Source: Squalus acanthias (taxonomy: Eukaryota). Taken from it: DNA of 64,000 bases. The stretch lies in contig JASTWF010000230.1 of assembly GCA_030390025.1 (NCBI GenBank), forward strand, positions 124,001 to 188,000. The letters are read 5' to 3'. Of the stretch, positions 63,488 to 64,000 are shown piece after piece. Each line of letters starts with the position of its first letter. The stretch's first letter is position 1. The notes below the pieces were generated by a model. It worked only from the letters and a program-made list of their open reading frames with translations. It made no database searches and was not told where the DNA came from. Both the position numbers and the translations under genes were made by a program.

Positions 63488-63783
63488 CGGTAACACTTTG
63501 AATGTCTATTATCGCTGATCGACAGTGGCGCAGTAAGTAGTGTGGATGGGAGCAGAGAATTGCAAAGGGACATTGATTGAGTGGCAAAACTGGAGGCATC
63601 TGATTCAAAAGATTTGGGTGGCGACGCGGAAATTCGAGAGTTTAATGAATTTCAAAGGAACATTTTTGACTTGTGCAGTTTCGGTCGGAGAAATGTTAGT
63701 GAAAGGAAAGTAATACAGAATCTGGGATTCAGCATTTCACCTTCTCGCTGAACAGATCTTTCTGGATATTCAGCTAAGCAGAG

Positions 63784-63848
63784 GTTCTCGTAGTGTAGTG
63801 TATATCAAGTTCCCCTCACAAGCCCCGATTCAATCCCGGGCGGGAAAC
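63784..63848 (+). pseudogene. tRNA-Val(CAC) pseudogene
   Basis: GTTCTCGTAGTGTAGTG...CCTCACA...CCCGGGCGGGAAAC with deletion; same upstream module as 57849 and 60271. Confidence 0.65.
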
Positions 63849-64000
63849 TATGTTCGAGAAATGGTCCCCGGTTGGAAACGGGAAAGAAACCTTCCCCATT
63901 AAAATTGAACAAATATGAAAAATTGAAGCATTCATGTTGTAATTAAATATCAATAAAATATCTCATAGATTCCGTATATTATTTGAGTCCATACCATTCT

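Overview
Cartilaginous-fish (shark) genomic DNA. The first ~20 kb hold the complete, apparently intact constant region of an IgNAR heavy-chain-only antibody gene on the + strand: C1-C5 exons, a secretory tail, TM1 and TM2. V/D/J segments lie upstream, outside the window. The C3-C4 intron contains an extra Cys-containing exon candidate (9353-9400/9444), too short for the ORF track. It resembles the start of C4 and has an internal splice donor plus a read-through tail, so it could give short 3-domain membrane and secreted IgNAR. From ~22 kb onward the window is mostly CR1 and L2 LINEs, HE1-type SINEs, a Harbinger fragment and MITEs. It includes one nearly intact full-length CR1 with a 76-bp monomer array at its 5' end. 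From ~32 kb there is a decaying cluster of about 21 tRNA-derived sequences in local duplications, including anticodon-shifted copies, and a vault-RNA-like gene at 62795-62889 (-). All family assignments are by eye and from memory of consensus sequences; no database search was run. Repeat boundaries are approximate.
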